Positions 38,590 through 50,113 are shown, counted from the first letter of the stretch. The stretch: DNA of 64,000 nt from a bacterium (GCA_021803465.1 JAJZLL010000062.1:1287-65286), one strand, 5' to 3'. Made by a program: numbers and translations. The notes: generated by a model from the sequence alone, not told the origin.

Positions 38590-39405
38590 TTATCCACGCA
38601 CCATCACGGAGTTTGCAGCCTTGTCATGCCAGGTCTGTCCACGGGCATCCCACAGTGGGGAAAGCAGGTTGATGAGGCCCGGAATAAGACAAGCGACGAA
38701 AAGAAGCTCATAGACCAGCCACCTGACGAAAGCACGTCCGTAGCCAATGGACGTTCCAGTGTTCGCATCCTGCACACGAAGACCCATGATGCGCATGCCG
38801 ACCGTCTTTCCTGAGGAGGAGCCGATGAGAAGTGTGCCATAGAGCAGGGAAACGCCGAAGCTCAAGGCATAGAAGGTGAAGTTGAGGCCAACGAATCCCG
38901 GGATATTTGCTGCATTGGTGTTGGCAACTGAAGCTGCTGCGAAGGCACCAAATATCGCTCCAAGTATTCCGCCAACAATGCCAAGAAGGATGGAATCAAT
39001 GATGAAGGCCACAATGCGGATTCCATAGACGGATCCGCCAGGCTGACCCCCATATCCGCCAGGAGCAGGAGGCTGCCAGCCACCACCAGGAGCAGGAGGC
39101 TGCCATCCACCACCACCACCTGGAGGAGGAGGTGCCTGGGGAGGCTGCCATCCACCGCCTGCTGGAGGAGGTGGTGCCTGGGGAGGCTGCCATCCACCGC
39201 CTGCTGGAGGAGGCGGTGCCTGGGGAGGCTGCCAACTACCACCTGGTGGTGGGGGGGGTGCCATGGGAGGCTGCTGGGGTGCCATGGGGGGCTGCTGGGG
39301 CATGGGGGGCTGCTGGGGCATGGGGGGCTGCTGCTGTGGAAGCTGCCATCCGCCACCCTGTCCAGGGGGTTGCTGCGGGTTCCAGCCTGGAGGATTTGTC
39401 GACAT
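38590..39405 (-). CDS. RDD family membrane protein with Pro/Gln/Gly-rich repetitive N-terminus
   Basis: The C-terminal half (RIVAFIIDSILLGIVG ... GKTVGMRIMGLRV ... WHDKAANSVMV) is RDD-like. AAGGAG lies upstream of the ATG at 39405. Confidence 0.75.
   Translation of the reverse strand: MSTNPPGWNPQQPPGQGGGWQLPQQQPPMPQQPPMPQQPPMAPQQPPMAPPPPPGGSWQPPQAPPPPAGGGWQPPQAPPPPAGGGWQPPQAPPPPGGGGGWQPPAPGGGWQPPAPGGYGGQPGGSVYGIRIVAFIIDSILLGIVGGILGAIFGAFAAASVANTNAANIPGFVGLNFTFYALSFGVSLLYGTLLIGSSSGKTVGMRIMGLRVQDANTGTSIGYGRAFVRWLVYELLFVACLIPGLINLLSPLWDARGQTWHDKAANSVMVRG
39050..39345 (-). repeat. in-frame tandem repeats encoding the Pro-rich N-terminus of the RDD protein
   Basis: Three 42-bp units lie at about 39131..39256 (GGTGCCTGGGGAGGCTGCCATCCACCGCCTGCTGGAGGAGGT; the first two are near identical). 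They are flanked by 27-bp and 18/21-bp units. They encode GGWQPPQAPPPPAG x3 and QQPPMP/QQPPMAP repeats. Confidence 0.85.
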
Positions 39406-39527
39406 GAGTGTAGACTCCTTCAAAGCACTGCTGCGAATGCATGACCATTGGCCATCGTGCCTGATGCTACCAGAAGTTGGCAGTGCTGTCACCGCAATGC
39501 GAGGAAAGCGGAAAGCACCTTTCTTCC

Positions 39528-40787
39528 TCAGGAGGCAGTGTCAACATCCCCATCGTCAAGAATCTGAAGTGGTGTTCTCCGCTGGAAGACAGTCTGCCTG
39601 AGAATGCGCTGCAGGATGTGGGGAGTGTCCACTGTGGCTGGTGGTACCTGGAGTGGCTTCATGTCAATGACACGCCGTGTGACATGGATGCCATGCCGTG
39701 GAAAGAGCTTGCTCACTGCATTCCAGGAGTCTGAAAGCCCATTGGACACCGATTCGTATCCATGCTGGAGCACCATGAGACGTGCGGAGAATGACATGAG
39801 CTCATGGAAGAACATCTTGTCATCATCGGATCTTGGTTCAATGAGGAGAATGTCGACATCGGGATGGCGCTCGCGGACGAGCTGGATGTGGTCGACAAGG
39901 CTGTCATGCAGCATGCCCCTGAACACCTGGTTGTAGACACTCCTGAATCCGAGTGAGGCGAGTCTCGTGCCAGAGGCGAGATGGTTGTGCTCTGGATGGG
40001 GCACTTCCTCAGCATCGACAGGAACGATTGGGTTGATGACAACAATGAGTTTCGCACCATTGTCGACTGCGACATCAATGGCAGAGATGCCCTTTGTGCC
40101 CCCATCAACATAGTCGATGCCATCTATGCGGACTGGCTTGAACAGCATGGGTACTGCACTGCTCGCAGTGACTGCCTGGCTGATGGGGACATGCGCATGC
40201 TGGTGACGGGAAAAGACGACCCGCTGCTCCGTGTCCAGTGCGCAGGTGACTACGAAGAGTTCGGAGTCGAGCTGGGAGAAATCATCCGTATAGGTGCGCG
40301 AGGTGAGGATGGTGTGCAGGTAGTTCATGAGACCAGCAGGATCGCAGAGACCAGAAGGCAGAAGCAGGGTGACCGCATCGAGAAGGTCAAAGAGGTTGAG
40401 CGTCTGGGGTGTCCTGAGGAGCATGTCCGCAAACTCCCGAAGCGCACGGGGAAGGCGGAGGGATCGCTGGAGCATTTCCTTGAAGTTTGGCTGATAGAGG
40501 ACCCATGGCGAGGGCAGCTGGTACTGGGATCGTGGATCGTGGAGGCTGAGGGCTATTTCAGTTGGAGATACACCATTCGCGAGCAGTGCAGAGATGATGG
40601 AGCCTGCGCTTGTGCCCACAAAGATGTCGAAATCATTGACGCTCATGTCGACAAGGACATCGTCGAGTGCACGAAGCGCTCCCACCTCGTAGGTGAGGCC
40701 TGTGATGCCGCCACCGCAGAGCACAAGTGCACGCTTCCCTCCATGGGGATGGGGAGGCAGTGCGTGAGGGGGTGTTGATCCATGCAT
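39528..40787 (-). CDS. patatin-like phospholipase
   Basis: Oxyanion-hole CGGGITG, nucleophile GTSAGS, and catalytic Asp in YVDGGTKG. Confidence 0.85.
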   Translation of the reverse strand: MHGSTPPHALPPHPHGGKRALVLCGGGITGLTYEVGALRALDDVLVDMSVNDFDIFVGTSAGSIISALLANGVSPTEIALSLHDPRSQYQLPSPWVLYQPNFKEMLQRSLRLPRALREFADMLLRTPQTLNLFDLLDAVTLLLPSGLCDPAGLMNYLHTILTSRTYTDDFSQLDSELFVVTCALDTEQRVVFSRHQHAHVPISQAVTASSAVPMLFKPVRIDGIDYVDGGTKGISAIDVAVDNGAKLIVVINPIVPVDAEEVPHPEHNHLASGTRLASLGFRSVYNQVFRGMLHDSLVDHIQLVRERHPDVDILLIEPRSDDDKMFFHELMSFSARLMVLQHGYESVSNGLSDSWNAVSKLFPRHGIHVTRRVIDMKPLQVPPATVDTPHILQRILRQTVFQRRTPLQILDDGDVDTAS

Positions 40788-40967
40788 GAGTTCATCCCCA
40801 TCATACGGATGCGCCTTCCCCCAAGGAAGTACTGTTCCCCGTTTGTCGCAGCTTCTTCACATGGGAGACGGAGGGACTGCAGCCTGGAGAACAGCGCGCC
40901 ATGCTGCTGCCGCCTACGTGCAGTTTCACGTCGGTGAAGCGACTTGCGTTACGCCATACCCGATACC

Positions 40968-42775
<1,808 letters not shown>

Positions 42776-42776
<1 letters not shown>

Positions 42777-43348
42777 TGGCACGATCTCGTGAGGCGTACA
42801 AGCGCAGACAGAAGAAGCAGCAGCGATACGGGGCAGGACATGCAGAGGTCGTTGCTGCAGAGAGTCCTGCAGGGAAGAGGGACGCAGTCCGACCACGGCA
42901 GCCGATGGTGGTGTGGTCATCGACTTCCATGGCTGTGATGGTGATTGCCATGGGAATCATCGAAATTCCTGCAGGTCTCGCATGGGGCCTCGTTGCCCAT
43001 CTCAATCCGCTTGATGCCATCCTTCCACTTCCCTGGATTCCAGTCCTCATTGGAGCAATCCTTGCCATGTTTGTCACAAACCAGATGGTGCGGCCAGCTC
43101 CAGGAATCCGCTTCATCGATGCCATCGCAGTCGGGTGTGTCACCACGGTCGCGATCACCATCCTCCAGATGGGTGCGCTCGATGGAGCGGGAAAGCTTTT
43201 TGGCACCCATGCGCCCTCGATGCTCGAGGTGTACAGCATCTTCGGAGTCTCCGTGCTCCTGTCATATCTTGTGACATATCTTGTGGTTCCCGGGATGTAC
43301 CGACTCCTTGCCAGGTCCCAGGGTGCAGCGAGTGGCGCGAAAAAGTAG
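42776..43348 (+). CDS. hypothetical membrane protein with basic N-terminus
   Basis: The ATG overlaps the lepA TGA by 1 nt (TGATG), preceded by GGTGGAGGAG. There are four hydrophobic helices. No family recognised. Confidence 0.55.
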
Positions 43349-43388
43349 GTTTGCGCTTGCTGGCCCGCTTCCGCTTGCGGGTGAATAC

Positions 43389-44597
43389 ATGCCACTCAAG
43401 CTGAATCCTCTCGCTGGGGCCAGGCCCGGCTGCAGTGCGCTCTACATTCACATCCCGTTCTGTGAACACCGGTGCGCATACTGCGATTTCACTGCCATTG
43501 GAGGAATCGCTCGGGCGAAGGAGTACATGGCTGCCCTCAGGAGGGAGATTGCGCTCTGGGGGGAAGCAGTTGGACACTGCGAGCTTCGGACTATCTTCAT
43601 TGGCGGGGGAACACCAAGCTTCGTCGATCCACGGGAGATCCATGAGCTGCTAGCTGCCTGCAGGAGCGCATTCTCATTCTCCCCAGACATCGAGATCACA
43701 ATGGAGGCGAATCCCTCGAGCACAACCTTCGAGCGGGCAAGAATCTGGCGGGAAAGTGGTGTGAACCGCCTCAGCATGGGAATCCAAAGCTTCGATGATC
43801 GAGTGCTGAAGCGCCTAGGACGTGTGCATACGGCGGACCGGGCACGTGAAGCGTATGAGGCAGTCAGGAATGTGGGCATTCCGTCTGTGAATGGGGACTT
43901 CATTGGAGGTGTGTGGGGGAGCACGCGTGAAATGTGGAGGACATCCCTATCGGAGGCAGTCCGTATGGGATTCGACCACCTCTCCTGCTATGAGCTCATC
44001 ATCGAGGAATCCACTCCTCTCTACGGTGCCGTGCAGCGTGGAGAGATCGCACTGAGGCCAGAGAACGATCTTGCAGCTGAGCTCGAGGAGACGAGGGCGC
44101 TTCTCACTGCTGCCGGCTATGTGCAGTACGAGGTGAGCAACTTTGCGAGGCCTGGCCATGAGTGCCGCCACAACCGTGTGTACTGGCAGGGGGATGCATA
44201 TCTTGCATGCGGTGTGGGAAGCCATGGGTACCTTGAGAGCGATGTGGCAGGCGTCATTGAGGCGACTCCACCAGGAAGCCCAGGGTGCAGATTCTGGCAT
44301 GTGGAAGGTATTGGCGCCTACATCGATGCGATACGGAAGGGCAGCATCCCGATTCGCGGGTGGGAGTGGATATCCGTGGAAGAGAAGTGGATGGAGCTTG
44401 TCATGCTGCAGCTCCGATGCCAGGAAGGTGTGCTGGACACGCTCCTTGATCCGGATGCTGTTGAACCCTTCATTGAGCAGGGGATGCTCGAGCATCGGGG
44501 TGACAGGGTCGTTTCCACAGCTCGCGGCATGCTTGTTCTCAACGGAATCATCGAGGCCCTCGTGGGCCATCCACCGGCAACTGTTGCCAACGGGTAA
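43389..44597 (+). CDS. hemW: radical SAM heme chaperone HemW (HemN-like, oxygen-independent coproporphyrinogen oxidase family)
   Basis: LYIHIPFCEHRCAYCDF (CxxxCxxC) and GGGTPS. It lies in the conserved lepA-hemW-hrcA neighbourhood. Confidence 0.88.
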   Translation: MPLKLNPLAGARPGCSALYIHIPFCEHRCAYCDFTAIGGIARAKEYMAALRREIALWGEAVGHCELRTIFIGGGTPSFVDPREIHELLAACRSAFSFSPDIEITMEANPSSTTFERARIWRESGVNRLSMGIQSFDDRVLKRLGRVHTADRAREAYEAVRNVGIPSVNGDFIGGVWGSTREMWRTSLSEAVRMGFDHLSCYELIIEESTPLYGAVQRGEIALRPENDLAAELEETRALLTAAGYVQYEVSNFARPGHECRHNRVYWQGDAYLACGVGSHGYLESDVAGVIEATPPGSPGCRFWHVEGIGAYIDAIRKGSIPIRGWEWISVEEKWMELVMLQLRCQEGVLDTLLDPDAVEPFIEQGMLEHRGDRVVSTARGMLVLNGIIEALVGHPPATVANG

Positions 44598-44681
44598 CGA
44601 TGTAACATGGCTGAAAAGTGTTGCCGACTTATGGGTGACAATTGGGAATGTACCTAGAACTTTTCCTGGTGTTCGGTCAGT

Positions 44682-44885
44682 ATGGCCTTAATGGAACACG
44701 TACGCATTCACCAGCCTCCCCCAGACGCCCTCATTGCGGAACTTGTCCGTGCAGGGCTTTCCCAGGATACAGTCATGTCGATGGAGCGCTGGAAGGCAGT
44801 GGAGATTCTTGAACTTCTCAGGAACGATGTCACAGATGCTGTGCAGCACCACCCTTCATTTTTGGGTGATCGTGGTACAATTTAG
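44682..44885 (+). CDS. doubtful 67-aa ORF
   Basis: It is the only ORF in the hemW-hrcA gap, but it runs through the putative hrcA promoter and ends inside CIRCE. No family and no clear RBS. Confidence 0.2.
   Translation: MALMEHVRIHQPPPDALIAELVRAGLSQDTVMSMERWKAVEILELLRNDVTDAVQHHPSFLGDRGTI
44873..44881 (+). promoter_or_regulatory. putative extended -10 promoter element (TGgTACAAT) of the hrcA operon
   Basis: TGGTACAAT directly abuts the CIRCE left arm, the usual arrangement for HrcA-controlled promoters. The -35 is weak (TTCATT). Confidence 0.4.
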
Positions 44886-44908
44886 CACTTAGAAGGGGTG
44901 AGTGCTAA
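44882..44908 (+). promoter_or_regulatory. CIRCE operator (HrcA binding site)
   Basis: TTAGCACTT-AGAAGGGGT-GAGTGCTAA has one mismatch to the consensus TTAGCACTC-N9-GAGTGCTAA. It ends 2 nt before the hrcA ATG, and the spacer contains the RBS. Confidence 0.9.
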
Positions 44909-44910
44909 CC

Positions 44911-46017
44911 ATGAGTGATCCATACGAAAGCATCCTGCGCATCAGTCGGGGACACCCGCGCAGCCATCTTGATGAGCGGAAGCACCAGATACTTGAGACA
45001 GTTGTTGTCGACTACACGAGGACGCACGTTCCTGTAGGGTCGCAGCTCGTGGCAGCGCATCTCGCTGCATGGTCTTCAGCCACGATCCGTAACGAGCTTG
45101 CGAACCTGGTGGAGGATGGCTACCTCATCCAGCCCCACACCTCCTCGGGACGGGTCCCCTCGGACCAGGGATACCGGTACTACGTGAACTTCATCATGGA
45201 GGAGGAGCAGATTCCACCAGACGTGAAGCTCTCGATTGACCGATGCTTCCGGCCATCACTCCACTCGCTTGATGAGCTGCTCGAAAGTGCAGCCGAGGCG
45301 CTCGCGACAGCAACTGAGACAGTTGGCATCATTGCGTGTCCACAGGTGAGCATGTCACGCATCAAGCATCTCGATCTTGTTGAGCTGGATGAGCCTGGAA
45401 AGGCACTGCTGCTTGTGGTGCTCGAGGGAAATGTCGTGCGTGACCGTGTGATTGCGCTGCCTATGGCGGCAGACCAGGAGATGCTCTCAAACCTTGCTCT
45501 GGAAATATCCCGATCTGTGCGGGGTCTCAGTGTCCACGAGATCCCTGCCCGCGTCCCAGTGAATGCAGTGCAGAATGTGTCTGAATCCCAGGTGCTCAGG
45601 ACTGTAGTTCTCGGTGAGCTTGCAGAATTCCTGCATGATCTCGATGCGGAACGTGGGCACTGGGTGATACACGATGGCGTGCGCAATCTTCTCCGGCAGC
45701 CGGAATTTGATGACATTGCAAAGCTTGGACAGGTGATGGAGGTCCTTGAGGAGGAGCAGATCATCACCAAGCTTCTTGAGGACATTGACCGGGATGCGCA
45801 GAAGATCCCTGGTGTTCGCATCATCATTGGACGGGAGAATGAGGTTGAGCAGCTTACGCATTGCAGCCTCGTCTTCACATCGTTCCGCATCGATTCCTCG
45901 CGCTTTGGCACGATCGGAATTCTTGGTCCCACACGGATGTATTATTCTCAAGTCGCACCACGTGTGCGGTATGTGGCACAGCGGGTGGAGGCGAGTATCC
46001 ACGAGCAGATTGGGTAA
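44911..46017 (+). CDS. hrcA: heat-inducible transcription repressor HrcA
   Basis: The N-terminal winged-helix region LDERKHQILETVVVDYTRTHVPVGSQLV and overall length fit HrcA. It is preceded by CIRCE and followed by grpE. Confidence 0.92.
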   Translation: MSDPYESILRISRGHPRSHLDERKHQILETVVVDYTRTHVPVGSQLVAAHLAAWSSATIRNELANLVEDGYLIQPHTSSGRVPSDQGYRYYVNFIMEEEQIPPDVKLSIDRCFRPSLHSLDELLESAAEALATATETVGIIACPQVSMSRIKHLDLVELDEPGKALLLVVLEGNVVRDRVIALPMAADQEMLSNLALEISRSVRGLSVHEIPARVPVNAVQNVSESQVLRTVVLGELAEFLHDLDAERGHWVIHDGVRNLLRQPEFDDIAKLGQVMEVLEEEQIITKLLEDIDRDAQKIPGVRIIIGRENEVEQLTHCSLVFTSFRIDSSRFGTIGILGPTRMYYSQVAPRVRYVAQRVEASIHEQIG

Positions 46018-46027
46018 GTAACTTCGT

Positions 46028-46645
46028 ATGGCACGACACAGCAACAACGATGAGATGGAACACATGGCTTCCGAGCAGGATCCTTCGACCCCGTCCGGGA
46101 GTGAGACGGAACTCTCGCCTGCTGCTGCACGCCTCATTGACCAGGTTGGACATGGAGCGCTCGCAGAGCAGTATGTTCGGCTTGCAGCAGATTTTGACAA
46201 CTACCGCAGGCGAACACTCCATGAGCTTGACGAACGGAGGCGTGGCGGCATCGAGCACGCGATCATGGCCCTTCTCCCAGTGCTCGACAACCTGAGGCGG
46301 GCTGTCGACCATGCCGAAGAGGATGACAGCACACTTGCAGCCTTTCTTGATGGACTGCGGATGGTCATGAAGGGATTCGAGGACGGACTTAACGAGCTTG
46401 GCATTGAGGCGATCGCAACGGAGGGAGAGCCGTTTGATCCAACCCTCCATGAGGCGATTCTCAGTGAGGAGTCCAAGGACGTGGACAGGGAGATGGTTGT
46501 GGGCGAGCTGCAGCGTGGCTACCGGTACCAGGACCACATTCTCCGACCCGCACTTGTGCGGGTTGCATATCCTGCACTTGCTGCCTCCCCAGCATCGGGC
46601 AGCGATGCCACATCCTCTCCAGATTCGTCCGATGACGTGTCATGA
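46028..46645 (+). CDS. grpE: nucleotide exchange factor GrpE
   Basis: RLAADFDNYRRR, VLDNLRRA and FDPTLHEA...GYRYQDHILRPALVRV. Confidence 0.9.
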   Translation: MARHSNNDEMEHMASEQDPSTPSGSETELSPAAARLIDQVGHGALAEQYVRLAADFDNYRRRTLHELDERRRGGIEHAIMALLPVLDNLRRAVDHAEEDDSTLAAFLDGLRMVMKGFEDGLNELGIEAIATEGEPFDPTLHEAILSEESKDVDREMVVGELQRGYRYQDHILRPALVRVAYPALAASPASGSDATSSPDSSDDVS

Positions 46646-46685
46646 CAATGCTGTCTGCAGCTGGTTGTGAGTGAGGAGCAAGGGG

Positions 46686-47795
46686 ATGGCGACAGCGAAG
46701 CGTGATTACTATGAAGTGCTCGGAGTTGCGAAGACAGCGTCCCAGGAGGAGCTCAAGAAGGCATATCGCAGACTTGCCATGCAGTACCATCCTGACCGCA
46801 ACCAGGGTGACACCGCTGCTGAGGAGAAGTTCAAGGAGATTGGCGAAGCCTATTCTGTCCTGAGTGATCCCGAGAAGCGACAGCGGTACGACACGTATGG
46901 GCATGCTGGTGCGGAGATGCCGGACTTTGGCTCATTCTCCTTCGATTCCGCCTTTGACCTCTTTGACATGTTCTTTGGAGGGGGAAGGGGACGAAGCCGT
47001 TCCGGACCACAGCAGGGGCATGACCTCCGCATGGACATTGATGTGAGCTTCGATGAGGTTGTGACTGGTGCCACCAGAACCATTGAGGTTCCAAAAGCGG
47101 GCACCTGTGAAAGCTGTGCAGGAAGCGGGTGTGCTCCTGGAACTTCTCCAGTCACCTGCACGAACTGTCATGGCACTGGTCAGGTCCAGAGGGTTGTGCA
47201 GTCGATCTTTGGCCAGATGGCAACTGTCACGACATGTCCCTCGTGCCGTGGAGAGGGAAAGTCGATTCCGAATCCATGCCCCACATGCCGGGGTCAGGGA
47301 CGTGTTGATGTGAAGAAGACCATTGAGGTCACAATTCCTGCAGGAGTCGATGAGGATGTCACGGTCCGTGTTCCTGGTGAGGGAGAGGCTGGACTCAAGG
47401 GGGGGCCTGCTGGTGACCTCTACATTGGATTCCGCATTGCTCCACATGCCTTCTTCACTCGGCGCAGGCAGGATGTGGTCTATGAGCTCCCCGTCTCGAT
47501 CGCGCAGGCTGTACTTGGGGATGCCATCACTGTTCCAACAGTGACAGGAACCCACACGGTCGAGGTGAAGCCAGGAACGCAGCACGGTTCCATCATCAAG
47601 ATCTCAGGGATGGGCATTCCCCATGTCCGCACAGGTCGGCGAGGGGATCAGATCTGTGTCGTGAGGATCGTGATTCCTACGAAGATCACGGCAAAGGAGA
47701 GGGAGATCTTTGAGCAGCTGGGCGGCCGCACTGGAGAACCTGCACCGGTGAAGAAGGGGTTCTTCGACCATCTGAAGGATGCTTTTCGGGCATAG
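46686..47795 (+). CDS. dnaJ: molecular chaperone DnaJ
   Basis: J domain DYYEVLGV...YHPDRN, a G/F region, four CxxCxGxG zinc motifs ([32 protein letters not shown]). GAGGAG upstream of the ATG at 46686. Confidence 0.93.
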   Translation: MATAKRDYYEVLGVAKTASQEELKKAYRRLAMQYHPDRNQGDTAAEEKFKEIGEAYSVLSDPEKRQRYDTYGHAGAEMPDFGSFSFDSAFDLFDMFFGGGRGRSRSGPQQGHDLRMDIDVSFDEVVTGATRTIEVPKAGTCESCAGSGCAPGTSPVTCTNCHGTGQVQRVVQSIFGQMATVTTCPSCRGEGKSIPNPCPTCRGQGRVDVKKTIEVTIPAGVDEDVTVRVPGEGEAGLKGGPAGDLYIGFRIAPHAFFTRRRQDVVYELPVSIAQAVLGDAITVPTVTGTHTVEVKPGTQHGSIIKISGMGIPHVRTGRRGDQICVVRIVIPTKITAKEREIFEQLGGRTGEPAPVKKGFFDHLKDAFRA

Positions 47796-47890
47796 CATCC
47801 GCATGTTTTACCCCTCCCTGGGGGTGGGTACATCTACGGTGCACACACACAGTGCATCAGATTCCACCGTCTGAAATGGGAGGTAGATAC

Positions 47891-48376
47891 ATGACACTCG
47901 TACGCTGGAACCCGTGGACAGATCTCACATCGCTGCAGGACCAGATGGATCAACTCATGACCCAGATCTTTGGAAGCGATGTCAGAGTGCCAGAGAGTGG
48001 CCCAGGCTCCATGACACTTCCTGTCGATGTACGCCAGACTGACACGGAGTTCATAGTTGAGGCATCGATCCCTGGCTTCAAGCCCGAGGATGTTGAGATC
48101 ACTGTGGACAATGGGATTCTCACGATCCAGGGCGAAATGCTGGAGGAAAAGGAAGAGAAGAAGGGCGAGTATGTTCGCCGTGAGCGCCGCAGGGGGTCAT
48201 TCTCCCGCACGCTTCAGCTTCCCTCGGAAGTCCGTGAGGACGATGTCCGGGCCACCTTCGAGAACGGCATTCTCACAGTGGAGCTTCCACGTCAGGAGAA
48301 GGCGCATCCGAAGCGTGTTCCCGTGACAGTGAATGGCAAGGCCATCACTTCGGGTACAGCGAAGAAGGGCTCCTAA
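47891..48376 (+). CDS. Hsp20 / alpha-crystallin family small heat shock protein
   Basis: MTLVRWNPW..., DVRQTDTEFIVEASIPGFKPEDVEITVDNGILTIQGE, and FSRTLQLP...A.FENGILTVELP. GGGAGG upstream of the ATG at 47891. Confidence 0.9.
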   Translation: MTLVRWNPWTDLTSLQDQMDQLMTQIFGSDVRVPESGPGSMTLPVDVRQTDTEFIVEASIPGFKPEDVEITVDNGILTIQGEMLEEKEEKKGEYVRRERRRGSFSRTLQLPSEVREDDVRATFENGILTVELPRQEKAHPKRVPVTVNGKAITSGTAKKGS

Positions 48377-48396
48377 CCACAGGACAACGCATGAAT

Positions 48397-48434
48397 GGGG
48401 AGATGTGGCCACCAGGGCCCCTCTCCCCGTTTTG
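48397..48434 (+). terminator. rho-independent-type terminator after hsp20
   Basis: GGGGAGA ... CTCTCCCC stem followed by GTTTTG. Confidence 0.5.
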
Positions 48435-48455
48435 CATATCACTGGCATGCCAGTC

Positions 48456-48806
48456 TCACCCAGGAGGCCAGTTCAGCTGCCGTCCTCCTAGGAGATGAAT
48501 GTGGAGATGGTCGACTGTCTGTCCACCGTGCTTGCCGATGTTCGAAACGATCCTGTAGCCGTCGCCATCAAGATGGTGTTCTGTGGCAAGTTTCTGGATG
48601 AGACTTATGAGCGATTGGAGCAGTCCAGCATGGGATGACTCCACCTCATGTAGGCTGCGGATGTGCTCTTTCGGGATGACCAGGATGTGGATGGGGGCCT
48701 GTGGATTGAGATCCCAGATTGCTACGCACTCCTCGTTTTCCCCTGCAAACCGGGCAGGGAGATTGTGCGCGATGATGGAGCAGAAGATGCAGGAGATGTT
48801 TGTCAT
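48456..48806 (-). CDS. HIT family (histidine triad) protein
   Basis: CIFCSII, HILVIPKEH and the triad HLHIHLLGG. ATGA overlap with the upstream methylthiotransferase gene. Confidence 0.88.
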   Translation of the reverse strand: MTNISCIFCSIIAHNLPARFAGENEECVAIWDLNPQAPIHILVIPKEHIRSLHEVESSHAGLLQSLISLIQKLATEHHLDGDGYRIVSNIGKHGGQTVDHLHIHLLGGRQLNWPPG

Positions 48807-50113
48807 TGCGGCAGTGCTCCAAGTAGGGTTGTCCCTGTGGAATGCGTGATGGTGACCGGACTGATTGTACCGATGGCAAGGCTGTCTGTGAACGGAATGC
48901 GGACTTCATGGTATGTCTCCGCAATGCCAACCCACTCGTCACCATCCTGCATGAGCCATGCAGGATGGAGGCGGATTCCGACAAACCGTTCGTGCTCCGC
49001 TCTGCCTGTTTCTCCTGCAAGCATCCGAAGCTCTGCACTCCGTCTGCGGGCGATGTGTGCGGGAATCTGTTCGCCAAGCTGTGCAGCTGGTGTGCCAGGA
49101 CGGGGCGAGTAGCGGAACACGTGCGCCTTGAGAAACTTGGCCTCCTTGATGAGCTCGCATGTCTGCCCATGGTCCTCGTCCGTTTCCCCAGGAAAGGCAG
49201 TCATGATGTCCGTCGTGACTGTCGTTTCGGGACGGAGGTGGCGGAGCTGTTCCACAACACGGAGGAACTGGCTTCTCCGGTACCCACGGTGCATTGTCTT
49301 GAGAATGGCATCACTCCCACTCTGGAGGGGGATGTGCCAATGCGGGCAGAATCGCTCGTTCGCATTGAGGGCAATGACATCCTCAGTGATGTCGTTCGCA
49401 TTGATGCTGCTCAACCTGATGCGCATGTCCGACACCTCATTCCAGATGCGCCATACGAGTTCAGGAAGGGAGGAATCCGTGTCCCTTCCATATGAACCAA
49501 GATCCACGCCAGTGAGCACGCACTCCCTGTGACCTCGTGCAGCAGCACTGCGGATATCCGCAAGGATGTCGTCGACAGCCCTGCTTCTCGATGCTCCCCG
49601 CGCACTCCAGACGGAACAGTATGTGCACCTGTGCCTGCAGCCATCCTGCACCTTGATGAAGGCCCGTCCCCGCCGCAGGGGAAACACTGTGTCACTGCTT
49701 TCGGGGGGCAGTTCGGAGGCGGAGGGGAAAAGATTCGTGCGGATGTATGTGGCAATGCTCTCCTTCGTGCTGTTCGCGAAGACAGCATCTATGGTGAGAG
49801 GATGGCCGGATGGTGTTGGGGAAGAGAGATAGAAACCTGGATTGCCGTCGACACTGCAGCCAGTGACAATGAGGTGGCTCAAAGGATGCTGGCGACGGAG
49901 GTGCTGGATGCGCTGTCGGCTCGTGGCATCGGCCTGCAGGGTTACAGTGCAGGTGTTCACTACGACCACATCTGCCGGAGCATCGTCATCGACAATGTCA
50001 CAGCCGGATGCTGCAAGAACGCCCGCAAGGGACTCCATTTCCGCATAGTTCACCTTGCATCCAAGGCTCGTGAGGCTGATTCGGAGAGGATCATTCATGG
50101 GACGTGACATCAT
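48803..50113 (-). CDS. mtaB: radical SAM methylthiotransferase, MtaB-like (MiaB/RimO family)
   Basis: N-terminal UPF0004 domain TSLGCKVNYAEME...VVVNTCTVT, radical SAM CRHRCTYC, and a C-terminal TRAM-like region. It follows rsmE, as in Firmicutes. The ATGATG start overlaps the rsmE stop. The MtaB versus MiaB subfamily assignment is an inference. Confidence 0.8.
   Translation of the reverse strand: MMSRPMNDPLRISLTSLGCKVNYAEMESLAGVLAASGCDIVDDDAPADVVVVNTCTVTLQADATSRQRIQHLRRQHPLSHLIVTGCSVDGNPGFYLSSPTPSGHPLTIDAVFANSTKESIATYIRTNLFPSASELPPESSDTVFPLRRGRAFIKVQDGCRHRCTYCSVWSARGASRSRAVDDILADIRSAAARGHRECVLTGVDLGSYGRDTDSSLPELVWRIWNEVSDMRIRLSSINANDITEDVIALNANERFCPHWHIPLQSGSDAILKTMHRGYRRSQFLRVVEQLRHLRPETTVTTDIMTAFPGETDEDHGQTCELIKEAKFLKAHVFRYSPRPGTPAAQLGEQIPAHIARRRSAELRMLAGETGRAEHERFVGIRLHPAWLMQDGDEWVGIAETYHEVRIPFTDSLAIGTISPVTITHSTGTTLLGALPQ

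Noticed and set aside
39528-40787. Patatin-like phospholipase considered as a possible CBASS or other defence effector
   Set aside because: No cyclase/nucleotidyltransferase, E1/E2/JAB, sensor or other defence-type partner is adjacent. The neighbours are an RDD membrane protein and lepA, so it looks like a stand-alone lipid hydrolase.
44604-44654. 16-codon Cys-rich mini-ORF (MAEKCCRLMGDNWECT) downstream of hemW
   Set aside because: There is no Shine-Dalgarno sequence and no hydrophobic or known peptide-precursor context, such as an adjacent radical SAM maturase pairing motif. It is probably chance.
47796-47890. Looked for a second CIRCE or a HAIR element upstream of hsp20
   Set aside because: Only a short TGCAC-N7-GTGCA dyad and an imperfect hairpin (TACCCCTCCC/GGGGTGGGTA, probably the dnaJ terminator) are present. 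Neither matches the CIRCE or HAIR consensus.
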